A stretch of 64,000 bases of DNA from Bacteroidales bacterium (GTDB lineage: Bacteria; Bacteroidota; Bacteroidia; Bacteroidales; Tenuifilaceae). Of this stretch, positions 48,638 through 58,494 are shown in pieces (position 1 is the first letter of the stretch; each line of letters starts with the position of its first letter). The notes under the pieces were generated by a model that searched no databases, was not told the origin of the DNA, and was given only the letters and a program-made list of their open reading frames with translations. Location: assembly GCA_011045955.1 (NCBI GenBank), contig DSBV01000095.1, positions 285 to 64,284 on the forward strand. The letters are read 5' to 3'. A program made the translations under genes and the position numbers.

Positions 48638-49573
48638 ATGGAAAAGGGATTGGTATTAAAGAGTACCGGAAGCCATTATAGGGTACGATTGGAGGATGGC
48701 AGAGTAATTGAATGCGTGCCACGCGGTAAGCTCAGGCTTAACGAGATAAAAACAACCAATCCTATTACCGTTGGCGACTGGGTAAGCGTTGAACTCAACC
48801 CTAGCGGGGTTGGTTTAATAACTGCCATCCAAGAGCGAAAAAATTACATTATTCGCAAGGCCACAAACCTATCGCGTGAGGCCCATATCATTGCGGCTAA
48901 TATTGATCAGGCTTTGCTGGTGGTTACAATTACACAACCCGAAACCCAGCTAGCATTTATTGATCGATACCTGGTTACTGCAGAGGCTTACCGCATTCCT
49001 GCTGTTATTGTTTTCAATAAAATCGATCTGGTAGATTCAACCTTTCAACCCATGCTTGACAACTATATTTCAATATATGAGCCCATTGGTTATAAGTGCC
49101 TAAAGGTCTCAGCAAAAACAGGCCAAAATCTCGATTTACTTAAACAAATACTTCAAGGAAGAGTTAGTTTACTATCCGGAAATTCAGGTGCAGGAAAATC
49201 TACATTAATTAACTACATTGAACCAAGTTTGCATCTTAAAATCTCTGAAATTTCAAATGCTCACCTTAAAGGTAGACATACAACAACCTTTAGCGAAATT
49301 TTTGAGCTAAGCTTTGGGGGATTTATTATTGATACACCAGGAATTAAGAGTTTTGGCTTAGTGGACATTGAAAAGGATGAGCTTTATCATTTTTTCCCCG
49401 AAATATTCAAACTATCCGACAAATGCAAGTACTACAATTGCACACATATACATGAGCCCGGCTGTGCTGTAATTGAGGCTGTTGACAAGGGCGAAATTGC
49501 TCCATCGCGCTACTTGAGCTACTTGAGCATTTACGACGATGAAAACAAAAAATATCGACCCAAATTAAAGTAA
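48638..49573 (+). CDS. rsgA: Ribosome small subunit-dependent GTPase A
   Basis: ITVGDWV, AANIDQ, NKID, GNSGAGKS, GRHTTT, IIDTPG, CKYYNCTHIHEPGC zinc motif. Confidence 0.96.
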   Translation: MEKGLVLKSTGSHYRVRLEDGRVIECVPRGKLRLNEIKTTNPITVGDWVSVELNPSGVGLITAIQERKNYIIRKATNLSREAHIIAANIDQALLVVTITQPETQLAFIDRYLVTAEAYRIPAVIVFNKIDLVDSTFQPMLDNYISIYEPIGYKCLKVSAKTGQNLDLLKQILQGRVSLLSGNSGAGKSTLINYIEPSLHLKISEISNAHLKGRHTTTFSEIFELSFGGFIIDTPGIKSFGLVDIEKDELYHFFPEIFKLSDKCKYYNCTHIHEPGCAVIEAVDKGEIAPSRYLSYLSIYDDENKKYRPKLK

Positions 49574-49616
49574 TAAACCATTTTTGAAACGTTTACAAAT
49601 TTAAATTCAATTGCTT

Positions 49617-50385
49617 ATGAAATCGCACGAAATTTACTATAAAATTATTGGAGAGTCCATTCAGCTGGTTGAAATTGAACTTGACCCTCATGAAACTGTA
49701 ATAGCGGAAGCAGGTGCAATGGTTTACATGGAACGTGGAATTGATTTTGAAACAAAACTTGGCGACGGCTCAAATCCCAGCTCAGGATTTTTTGGGGAAA
49801 CTGCTTTCTGCTGGCGCACGGGCCATAACCGGTGAGTCAATTTTCATGACCCACTTCACCAATCATGGCATTGGCAAACAGAAAGTTACTTTTTCTGCAC
49901 TCTACCCTGGCACGGTTGTCCCAATTGATTTGTCAAAGGTGGGGGGAAATCTTATTGTTCAAAAGGACGGGTTCTTGTGTGCAGCTCTAGGTACAAGTAT
50001 TTCACTCCATTTTAACCGAAAACTAGGAGCCGGCCTGGTTGGTGGCGAAGGATTTATACTTCTGCGTCTAAGCGGCGATGGTTTTGCCTTTGTACATGCC
50101 AGTGGCACTGTGATTGAAAAGCAGCTCAACAATGAGACCTCACGTATCGATACCGGTTGCATTGTTGCCTTTGAGCCTACAATTGACTTCGATGTTCAAA
50201 CAAGCGGAAATCTTAAAAGCATGCTCTTTGGCGGCAAAGGATTGTTTCTTGCCACCCTCTCCGGTTCCGGTAGGGTTTGGCTTCAGTCCATACCTATCAA
50301 GAAGCTGGTTCAGGCTCTTGCTCCCTACGGCAAAAACAGAGGAAAAGAAAACAGTTCAATACTTGGTAATCTTTTAGAAGATTAA
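49617..50385 (+). pseudogene. TIGR00266/AIM24 family protein with a +1 frameshift
   Basis: N-part ([19 protein letters not shown]) and C-part ([37 protein letters not shown]) are joined by one extra base in T6G4 at 49788-49797. Confidence 0.75.
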
Positions 50386-50388
50386 AAA

Positions 50389-51429
50389 ATGACTTTAACC
50401 ATTAGTATCGAGAAATTTATTGAACTATCAGATATATACCCTGTTATTGATGTGCGCTCACCTTCGGAATATGCTCGAGGGCATATTCCGGGTGCTTTTA
50501 ATATTCCCCTTTTTTCCGACGAGGAACGTGCCGCCGTAGGAACTAAATATGTAAAGGAAGGGCGGCAACAAGCTGTTAGGCTGGGGCTTGAGCTAGTTGC
50601 TCCTAAGCTCAACTGGTTTGTTGACGCATTAAACTCAACGGTCAACCAAAAAAACATACTGGTATATTGCTGGCGGGGGGGTATGCGTAGCGCCAGCATG
50701 AGCTGGCTATTTGGTTTAGCTGGTTTTAAACCTTTAACGCTGGAAGGAGGCTACAAGTCGTTCAGGCGATACGCTCAGGCTACTTTCGACAGGAAATACA
50801 AATTTATTGTTCTGGGCGGAATGACCGGTTGCGGCAAAACCGAACTTATTAAAAAACTTAAGGCAAACAGTGAGCAGGTTGTGGATTTGGAAGGGCTTGC
50901 CAACCATAAAGGGTCTGCCTTCGGCTGGATAAACCAACCCAAGCAACCCACCACAGAACACTTTGAAAACCTATTGTTTAATGAATTACGAAAGTTAAAC
51001 CCATCACAGCCAATTTGGATTGAGGATGAAAGTAAAAGTATTGGTTCAATATTTTTACCGCAATCAATATACATCCAAATAATTAACAGTCCAACAATTA
51101 TTATTGAAACTGAATTGAACCACAGGATTGAAAGGTTGATAAACGATTATACTGTATGCGACAAACAGGACTTAATAAATTCAGTTCATCGAATACAAAA
51201 GCAACTGGGATTGGAAAAGGCTAAGCGTTGCATTGATTACATTGAGTCAGGAAACCTTCGCGATGCTATTGGCATTGCATTGGAATACTACGATAAAACC
51301 TATAGTTACGGAATTGCGCAAAAGAAAATACCACCAAAGTTTTTAACCTTTGATGGTACCGCTAACGATATGATAAGTAAATTAAAGTCGGTTAGTAAAA
51401 GCATTATCCACCCAGCGTTCCTGGATTAA
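50389..51429 (+). CDS. mnmH: tRNA 2-selenouridine(34) synthase
   Basis: Rhodanese domain (IDVRSPSEY..GHIPGA; YCWRGGMRS; LEGGYK) plus P-loop GGMTGCGKT, DLEGLANHKGSAFG, WIEDES. Confidence 0.9.
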   Translation: MTLTISIEKFIELSDIYPVIDVRSPSEYARGHIPGAFNIPLFSDEERAAVGTKYVKEGRQQAVRLGLELVAPKLNWFVDALNSTVNQKNILVYCWRGGMRSASMSWLFGLAGFKPLTLEGGYKSFRRYAQATFDRKYKFIVLGGMTGCGKTELIKKLKANSEQVVDLEGLANHKGSAFGWINQPKQPTTEHFENLLFNELRKLNPSQPIWIEDESKSIGSIFLPQSIYIQIINSPTIIIETELNHRIERLINDYTVCDKQDLINSVHRIQKQLGLEKAKRCIDYIESGNLRDAIGIALEYYDKTYSYGIAQKKIPPKFLTFDGTANDMISKLKSVSKSIIHPAFLD

Positions 51430-52243
51430 TGCAAAGTACTGGAATTTTGGCTTTGTTAGCAATTACGTATTGTTCTTGAGCCCCAAATACGAAATCGGTT
51501 AGGTCGATATTTGGAGTTGTCATTACAATTATCAGTTCGGCCTCAATATCGACTGCCAGGTTAACAATTTCCTCCTGAAAGCTTTTGCCTTTTGCGGCAT
51601 TATGGATTTCCCAGTACAAACTGTTCGACTCTATATGCATTTTGGCAAAAGATAGGTTGTTGTTTATTTTTTTCTGAATGCCCGAATCGAAAGCATTTGG
51701 CACAATCACATGAATCTTGGAATCAAAGAGCTTTGCAAAACGAATTCCCCACTGAATTTTCTCTTTATCCTCATCCCGAAACTCAACAGGCATGACAATG
51801 TGTGAAAAACCCTTATCCATATCGGGTTCATCCTGAACAACCAGGAATGGTACTTCGGAGCCGGCAATAACCTTTAGCGCCCAACTTCCTGTTAACTTTT
51901 GCACCCCTTTGATTCCGTGAGTACCCATGATTACCATTTCAGCATTTATTTCACTGGCAAACTCGCTAATAGTATCAAAAATATTGCCCTCTAGTATGTG
52001 AGTTTTAACCTCAACGCCATACTCATTTACTATTCTTTGCTGATCGCCCTTAAGCTTTTGGCTTGCATCATCTTCGCTAAACTTACTTTTACTGAATAAG
52101 CCGCCGGTTTGAATAACATGAACAAGGTTGATTTCAATGGGTTCCTTAGCAAGCTTCATCAGCTTAATGGCATGCTTTAATGCATTTTCAGCAACTGGGG
52201 TAAAGTCCCAAGGAATTAGGTATTTACTAATTTTTTCGGCCAT
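51404..52243 (-). CDS. Tandem universal stress protein (Usp) retaining the ATP-loop motif
   Basis: LIPWDFTPVAENALKHA, MGTHGIKGVQKLTGS, ends IPVLCINP. Confidence 0.88.
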   Translation of the reverse strand: MAEKISKYLIPWDFTPVAENALKHAIKLMKLAKEPIEINLVHVIQTGGLFSKSKFSEDDASQKLKGDQQRIVNEYGVEVKTHILEGNIFDTISEFASEINAEMVIMGTHGIKGVQKLTGSWALKVIAGSEVPFLVVQDEPDMDKGFSHIVMPVEFRDEDKEKIQWGIRFAKLFDSKIHVIVPNAFDSGIQKKINNNLSFAKMHIESNSLYWEIHNAAKGKSFQEEIVNLAVDIEAELIIVMTTPNIDLTDFVFGAQEQYVIANKAKIPVLCINPGTLGG

Positions 52244-52321
52244 AGGTTTTATATTTTAGTTCCAAATTGGGTAGTTAAATTTAATAAATATTAATTTGAA
52301 ATCAATCATTTAAACCAATTA

Positions 52322-53296
52322 TCAATTTTTTCGGCCAATTAACTTTGTTAATATTTGATTAAGCACATCTTTTCTGGTTTCGCTCGCTTTTAATTGATTA
52401 ATGGCTTGTGTGGCTTTATCAAAGTATGTATCGATAATGCTTACCATTTCCTTCTGCACTTCCGATTTATTGTAGAAATCCATTACCTTGCTAATTTTTA
52501 CTTCGTCAGGCAGGGAATTGCTATTGTATAGCTCAATAAACTGGTTTCGTTCAGTCCCATTTAGCTTTTCGGCAGTAATAATGGTTAGCATGGTTTTTTT
52601 GGCAGCAACAATGTCGCCACCAATGCGCTTACCAAAAGTACTTGAATCGCCATAACAGTCGAGCAGGTCATCCTGAAGTTGAAAGGCTAGCCCCATTGAC
52701 CTGCCAAACTCGCCAATGAGTTCAACATCATCCTTGCCAGCACCTCCAATTACTGCACCAATCTGCAAAGCTCCTTTAAGTAGTATTGATGTTTTTAGCT
52801 CTATCATTTTAAGATGCTCATTGCGAGAGACCATGTTTTTTGACTCAAAATCCATATCCATTTGTTGACCCTCGCATATACCCATGGCAAAAGAGTTAAA
52901 AATTTCAACTACCTCGGGCAGTATTGTTCTATCAACTTTTACAAGTAAATTATAGGCAAGTACGGTCATAGCGTCGCCAGAAAGAATAGCAATATTGGGA
53001 TTCCATTTTTTATGAATAGTAACCGTACCTCTACGCATATCAGCGTTATCCATAATATCGTCGTGAACCAAAGTAAAATTATGGAAAACCTCAACAGCTA
53101 GGGCAGCGGGTAAGGCTCTATCAATATCGTCGGAATAAAGGTTACATGCAGCCAGAACCAGTGCAGGGCGGATTCGCTTGCCCCCCATACCCATTATGTA
53201 TACAATTGGCTCATAAAGGTTTCTTGGCTCTCCATTTAAATCAAGTTGCTTAATTGCTGAGTCAACTTTCTGGTTAATTGATTCTAGTGTATACAT
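52322..53296 (-). CDS. Short-chain polyprenyl diphosphate synthase (IspA-like)
   Basis: GGKRIRP, FARM HNFTLVHDDIMD (Phe at -5 indicates short chain), KT, SARM FQLQDDLLD. Confidence 0.9.
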   Translation of the reverse strand: MYTLESINQKVDSAIKQLDLNGEPRNLYEPIVYIMGMGGKRIRPALVLAACNLYSDDIDRALPAALAVEVFHNFTLVHDDIMDNADMRRGTVTIHKKWNPNIAILSGDAMTVLAYNLLVKVDRTILPEVVEIFNSFAMGICEGQQMDMDFESKNMVSRNEHLKMIELKTSILLKGALQIGAVIGGAGKDDVELIGEFGRSMGLAFQLQDDLLDCYGDSSTFGKRIGGDIVAAKKTMLTIITAEKLNGTERNQFIELYNSNSLPDEVKISKVMDFYNKSEVQKEMVSIIDTYFDKATQAINQLKASETRKDVLNQILTKLIGRKN

Positions 53297-53301
53297 TCTG
53301 A

Positions 53302-55662
53302 TTAATTTTTTAACTCTTCTTCGTCGAAACCGCTACTCATTTCCATAACAAGTTCTTCCTCCTCGGGTTTCAATGGGATTGGTTTATCAAATTGACGTAA
53401 AACCGAAGGAAGAACAAACAGGTTTGTTATAACGGCATACAACAGGGTTATAGCAACTAAAAGCCCAAGCGCTTTGGTTCCTCCAAATCGTGATGCAATA
53501 AATACGCTAAATCCAAAAAATAACACTATTGAGGTATAAATCATACTAATACCGGTTTCACGAATTGCGTGAAATATTGACTCTTTGATATTGAACCTGG
53601 TTAAATATAATTCCTGACGATACTTGGTAAGAAAATGGATTGAGTTGTCAACCGCAATACCTAAAGCAATGCTAAAAACAATCACGGTACTTGGTTTTAA
53701 ATTTATCCCAAGAAAGCCCATGGTGGCAGCAGTGAGTATAAGGGGAATAAGGTTAATGCCAAGGGCAAATAGAACCATTCTAAATTTACGGAATAGCCAT
53801 GCTATTGCCAGGGCAATAAGTATTATGGCAAGAAAAAGGCTCGATGATAAGCTATGCACCAAATACTTAATTCCATAGGTAGTGATTACGCTGGCCCCAG
53901 CAATATGAACATTTGAATACTCATCTTCAAAAACCTGCTTAATATCAGTGTTTATGCTGTCAAACAAAATACTCATTTTTTCGGAACCAATGTCGGCCAC
54001 GTTGTACATTATCCTTACATACTGACCAGTTGAGTCTGTCATTCGGGCATAAACATCGCTAGCGCCAATGCTTCGGGGAATATATGACATTATGAATGCG
54101 CGTTCAAAGGGGCCAGGTAGCCGGTATTGGCTCTCGTTACCATTATAGTAAGCTTGCCGGGCAAATTTTGCCATCTCGGCTATTGAGAAGGGTTTGGATA
54201 GTTCCGGATAATTGCTAAGCTTTTCCTGTAATCTGTTAATTTTTTGGTATACCGAATAGTTTTGGTAACCATTGGGTTTTCCGGTGTTGTAAACAATTTC
54301 TAAGGGCATCACACCGGTAAAATGGTTTTCAAAAAATTTCAAATCGCGCTGTACCGGGTGATTATGGGGAACATCATCAACCATGTAGCCATTAGCTTTC
54401 AACAGCGACGCCCCTGCTATTCCAATAATCAAAACAAACCCAGTAATAACAAAAACCCATTTGCGCTTATAATAGGTTGTTACCACTATACGAGAAACTG
54501 CTTGTTTAAAAGTATTCCGACTAAGGTGGCTTAAGTGTCGAGCTTTAGGAGTAGGGCTTATGCTAAAGAAGAAGGGTATAATAATTAAAGATATAAGAAA
54601 AATACCCAGCACGTTTAAAGAGGCAATCAATCCGAACTCACGTAAAATTTGTGTTTTAGTAAAAACAAATGTCACAAAACCCAGTGCAGTTGTTAAATTG
54701 GTTAAAAACGTAGCACTACCTATTCGGTAAATAACCCGGTAAAGGGCTTTGATTTTATTGCGATGATAAGCTATTTCATGATGATACTTGTTAATTAGGT
54801 AGATACAATTGGGAATTCCAATCACTATAAGCAATGGCGGCACAACTGCCGTTAGCAGTGTTAAATCGTACCCGAAAAGGGTAAGGGATCCTAACGACCA
54901 TATTGCTGCAATCCCCACAACCACTAATGAGATAAATAGTACACGGAATGATCGGAAAAGTATTAAAAGAATAATTGCAGTGAACATTGCAGCAAGCCCA
55001 ACAAAAAGAAACATTTCGTATTTAATCATTTCTGCTACCACAGCTCTTATGTAGGGTAAGCCCGAATAGCGTAGTATGTTTCCCGTTATAGATTCGTATT
55101 CTTGTGTTGCTTCCTTTACCTGATTTATTATTTTAATGCGGTCAACCCGGGTCATCTTTTCTCTGTTCAGGGTTATAAGCATTAAGTAAGTGTTGGTCGT
55201 AGCATTATAAATCAGCCCCTTGTAGAATGGTAGGTTTTTAACCTGATTACTAAGAGAATCCGTACTAATTGTATTTAAGTTATCCAGCAAATTTTTAGCT
55301 ACAAACTTCCGGGCTACTGTATCTTTTTCGAGCGTTATAATATCGATAACAGAAAAAACGTTTTCTACACCATCTACTTGCTTGATTTTATTGGACAAAT
55401 CCTCCCAGAGCAAAACTCTTTCGCGATTAAAAAAGGCTGAATCCGTTACCCCAATAACCATAATATTCTCACCCTTCCCAAAAAGTTTTGCCAATCGCTC
55501 ATTTTGGATATATATGCTATCGGTTTTGGGAACTAGGGGAATGGGTTTATAGGATAACTGTACCTTGGTTGCCTTCCAGCCCATAAACAAAGTAAATGCC
55601 AGTAAAATAGAAATAAGGATAAATCGACTCTTGAGAATAAATCGCGCAAGTTTATGAAACAT
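53302..55662 (-). CDS. MMPL/RND-superfamily membrane protein
   Basis: Two repeats of a periplasmic domain plus a TM bundle; IGIPNCIYL..KY, GIAVDNSIHF..KY, FLTNLTTALGF, GLLVA. Confidence 0.85.
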   Translation of the reverse strand: MFHKLARFILKSRFILISILLAFTLFMGWKATKVQLSYKPIPLVPKTDSIYIQNERLAKLFGKGENIMVIGVTDSAFFNRERVLLWEDLSNKIKQVDGVENVFSVIDIITLEKDTVARKFVAKNLLDNLNTISTDSLSNQVKNLPFYKGLIYNATTNTYLMLITLNREKMTRVDRIKIINQVKEATQEYESITGNILRYSGLPYIRAVVAEMIKYEMFLFVGLAAMFTAIILLILFRSFRVLFISLVVVGIAAIWSLGSLTLFGYDLTLLTAVVPPLLIVIGIPNCIYLINKYHHEIAYHRNKIKALYRVIYRIGSATFLTNLTTALGFVTFVFTKTQILREFGLIASLNVLGIFLISLIIIPFFFSISPTPKARHLSHLSRNTFKQAVSRIVVTTYYKRKWVFVITGFVLIIGIAGASLLKANGYMVDDVPHNHPVQRDLKFFENHFTGVMPLEIVYNTGKPNGYQNYSVYQKINRLQEKLSNYPELSKPFSIAEMAKFARQAYYNGNESQYRLPGPFERAFIMSYIPRSIGASDVYARMTDSTGQYVRIMYNVADIGSEKMSILFDSINTDIKQVFEDEYSNVHIAGASVITTYGIKYLVHSLSSSLFLAIILIALAIAWLFRKFRMVLFALGINLIPLILTAATMGFLGINLKPSTVIVFSIALGIAVDNSIHFLTKYRQELYLTRFNIKESIFHAIRETGISMIYTSIVLFFGFSVFIASRFGGTKALGLLVAITLLYAVITNLFVLPSVLRQFDKPIPLKPEEEELVMEMSSGFDEEELKN

Positions 55663-55774
55663 TACTTTACCATTAGGATTCAAGCAGCAATATTATAAAT
55701 AATTTGAATATGTTGTTGCAGCAATAGCTAATCAATTCCTAAAATACTGCTTTTTGATTTATCCTGTTAAAAGT

Positions 55775-55782
55775 TACCTTTG
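55775..55782 (+). promoter_or_regulatory. -7 promoter element upstream of the Na/Pi symporter
   Basis: TACCTTTG followed by CA. Confidence 0.5.
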
Positions 55783-55835
55783 CAAAAAATTGGTTGCGTT
55801 TTTTTATGCCTTAATACTTAAACCAAAATATTCCA

Positions 55836-57566
55836 ATGAATTACGGACTTCTCGATCTTTTGAACTTAATTGGTTCGCTTGGGCTATTCCTTTACGGAAT
55901 GAAAACGATGAGCGAATCGCTCCAAAAGGTAGCAGGTGATAGGATGCGAGCCATTTTGAGCTCTATGACTTCCAACAGGTTTATGGGAATCCTAACAGGC
56001 TTTCTTGTTACAACAGTAATTCAGTCATCATCGGCCACAACGGTAATGATGGTAAGTTTTGTAAATGCCGGTCTGCTATCGTTGGTTCAGTCAATTGGTG
56101 TTATAATGGGTGCCAATATTGGTACCACGGTCACAGCGTGGTTAATATCGTTACTAGGTTTTAAGTTTAGCATAATACATGTTGCAGTCCCGTTAATAGG
56201 TGTTGGCTTTCCCCTCCTGTTTTCGCGTAAGTTAAACCTCAAGTATTGGGGAGAATTTTTAATTGGCTTCTCGCTGCTATTTATTGGTTTGGAATTACTG
56301 AAAAATTCCGTTCCACGCGTAGACCAAAACTCCGAAATGTTTGCATTCCTTTCCAAATACACCGATATGGGCCATAGGTCGTTACTGCTCTTTCTGGGTG
56401 TTGGTTCGCTTTTAACCATTGTAATACAATCGTCGAGCGCAACCATGGCACTTACGCTGGTTATGTGCAACCAGGGGTGGATTTCATTTGATATTGCAGC
56501 AGCAATGGTGCTAGGTGAGAACATTGGGACAACCATTACAGCAAATATTGCTGCAATTATTGGAAATGTATCGGCCAAGCGCACTGCTAGGGCGCACTTC
56601 TTTTTTAACATTATTGGAGTAATTTGGATGCTAGGAGTTTTTTTTCCTTTTACTCATATTATTGCCAATGTTGTAGTTACCATAACAGGTAAATCGCCGT
56701 TCACCGATACCGCTGAGATCCCCTTAGCCCTTAACATTTTCCACTCATCATTTAATCTTATAAATACCTTCGTACTAGTATGGTTTACACCATTACTTGT
56801 TAAACTGGTAACCTGGTTAACGCCTTCGAAAAAAGACGATGACGAAGAGTTTAGGTTGGTTCATATCAACACCGGTTTAATGACTACAGCCGAACTATCA
56901 TTGGTTCAGTCTCATAAAGAGGTGATAACTTTTGCCAAGCGTACTCATCGCATGTTTGGATTTGTTCGTCAACTTTTTAATGAAACCAACAATAAGGAGT
57001 TCGACAATATCTATCAGCGAATCGAAAAGTACGAATTCATAAGCGATAGGGTTGAAATTGAAATTGCTACTTACCTCAATAAGGTTTCAACTTACGAGCT
57101 AAGGAATGATAGTTCACGCAAGCTGCAAGCCCTATTCAGAATAATTAGCGAGATAGAGTCGGTTGCCGATAGCAACTTTTCTTTAGCTCGAACCCTAAAA
57201 CGCAAGCGTGAGCAAAAGGTATGGTTTAACCAGGAAATGCGTGATAATTTGAACAAGCTGTTCGATTTGCTCGACGAGGCATATAGCATCATGAAGGAGA
57301 ATCTTGAAATTAGCCAGCGTAGCGTTTCCATTAACTTGGGACCCGTGTACGATGTTGAAAGCAAGATTAACGAGTTCCGAATTTTCCTTAAAGAGAATCA
57401 TATCAGAAGCATTGAAGCCAATAAGTACAAGTACCAGGCCGGTATTATTTATAGCGATTTGTTTAACGAAGCCGAAAAAATGGGCGATTACATAATAAAT
57501 GTTTCAGAAGCAATAGCTGAAATTGAAAAACCAGTAAAGCATAAATCCTACCCTACCGGCAAATAG
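55836..57566 (+). CDS. Na+/phosphate cotransporter (NptA/YjbB-like) with PhoU-like C-terminal domain
   Basis: Two QSSSAT repeats, each followed by GANIGTT/GENIGTT, then a helical cytoplasmic domain. Confidence 0.92.
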   Translation: MNYGLLDLLNLIGSLGLFLYGMKTMSESLQKVAGDRMRAILSSMTSNRFMGILTGFLVTTVIQSSSATTVMMVSFVNAGLLSLVQSIGVIMGANIGTTVTAWLISLLGFKFSIIHVAVPLIGVGFPLLFSRKLNLKYWGEFLIGFSLLFIGLELLKNSVPRVDQNSEMFAFLSKYTDMGHRSLLLFLGVGSLLTIVIQSSSATMALTLVMCNQGWISFDIAAAMVLGENIGTTITANIAAIIGNVSAKRTARAHFFFNIIGVIWMLGVFFPFTHIIANVVVTITGKSPFTDTAEIPLALNIFHSSFNLINTFVLVWFTPLLVKLVTWLTPSKKDDDEEFRLVHINTGLMTTAELSLVQSHKEVITFAKRTHRMFGFVRQLFNETNNKEFDNIYQRIEKYEFISDRVEIEIATYLNKVSTYELRNDSSRKLQALFRIISEIESVADSNFSLARTLKRKREQKVWFNQEMRDNLNKLFDLLDEAYSIMKENLEISQRSVSINLGPVYDVESKINEFRIFLKENHIRSIEANKYKYQAGIIYSDLFNEAEKMGDYIINVSEAIAEIEKPVKHKSYPTGK

Positions 57567-57606
57567 AATTTCATGCCTTAAAAAGCGCACTGTTGCCCGC
57601 TTTTTT

Positions 57607-58485
57607 TTACTTACTGCTCAACGCATTTGCACCCGAAACAATTTCAAGTATCTCCTTAGTGATTGCCGCTTGGCGTGCTTTATTGTATTCAAGGAGCAAC
57701 TGATTGTGTAAGGCTACGGCATTTTCTGTTGCTTGATGCATGGCTGTCATACGGGCGCCGTGTTCAGCTGCTACACTTTCAAGAATTGCCGAGTGAATCT
57801 TGTTTAAAAGATAATAAGGTAAAATACGCTCAACCAACACTTGCGGATCGGGTTCAATTATGGGTTTAACTGTATTTGTCTTGTTTGTCGTCCTTGAGAT
57901 ATTTATTGGAAGTAACTGTTCAGCAACCTGTTGCTGCGATGCTGCGCTTTTAAATATATTGTAAATTAGAAAGATTTTATCGGCTGAACCATTCTTAAAC
58001 TCATTTACAAGGATATTAAAAATATCTCTTGTATTTTCAATATTAGGTTTATCGAGCAGTTTATGGTTCAGCTCAATTACATTTAAACCCCTTCTGCTGA
58101 GAGCATCATATCCCTTTTTACCTAAAGTATAGAATGATATCTTGGCGCTTGGGTAACTGGTAGATAAGAATTTATACTGTTCAATTGAATACTTTATTAT
58201 GTTTGAGTTGAATGCTCCACACATGCTATTGTTGGAGGTTATAACAATTAAAACAAAATTATTAACTTGTTGTCTTTCTTTCACATAATCGCTACTTAAT
58301 AAACCAATAAATTCTATCGACGACTGTAATATTTTGTTTATTTGGTAGTTAAAAGGTCTAAATCGTAAAACATTGGTTTGCGCTTTTTTGAATTTGGCTG
58401 CCGAAACCATTTTCATGGCACTAGTAATCTTCTTGGTCGAAGCTACCGATGCTATTCTAGTTCGTATTTCTTTCAAATTGGCCAT
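57607..58485 (-). CDS. atpG: F1 ATP synthase gamma subunit
   Basis: ANLKEIRTRIASV.STKKITSAMKMVSAAK, MCGAFNSN, EHGARMTAM, NKARQAAITKEILEIVSGA. Confidence 0.97.
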   Translation of the reverse strand: MANLKEIRTRIASVASTKKITSAMKMVSAAKFKKAQTNVLRFRPFNYQINKILQSSIEFIGLLSSDYVKERQQVNNFVLIVITSNNSMCGAFNSNIIKYSIEQYKFLSTSYPSAKISFYTLGKKGYDALSRRGLNVIELNHKLLDKPNIENTRDIFNILVNEFKNGSADKIFLIYNIFKSAASQQQVAEQLLPINISRTTNKTNTVKPIIEPDPQVLVERILPYYLLNKIHSAILESVAAEHGARMTAMHQATENAVALHNQLLLEYNKARQAAITKEILEIVSGANALSSK

Positions 58486-58494
58486 CCCAAAAGT

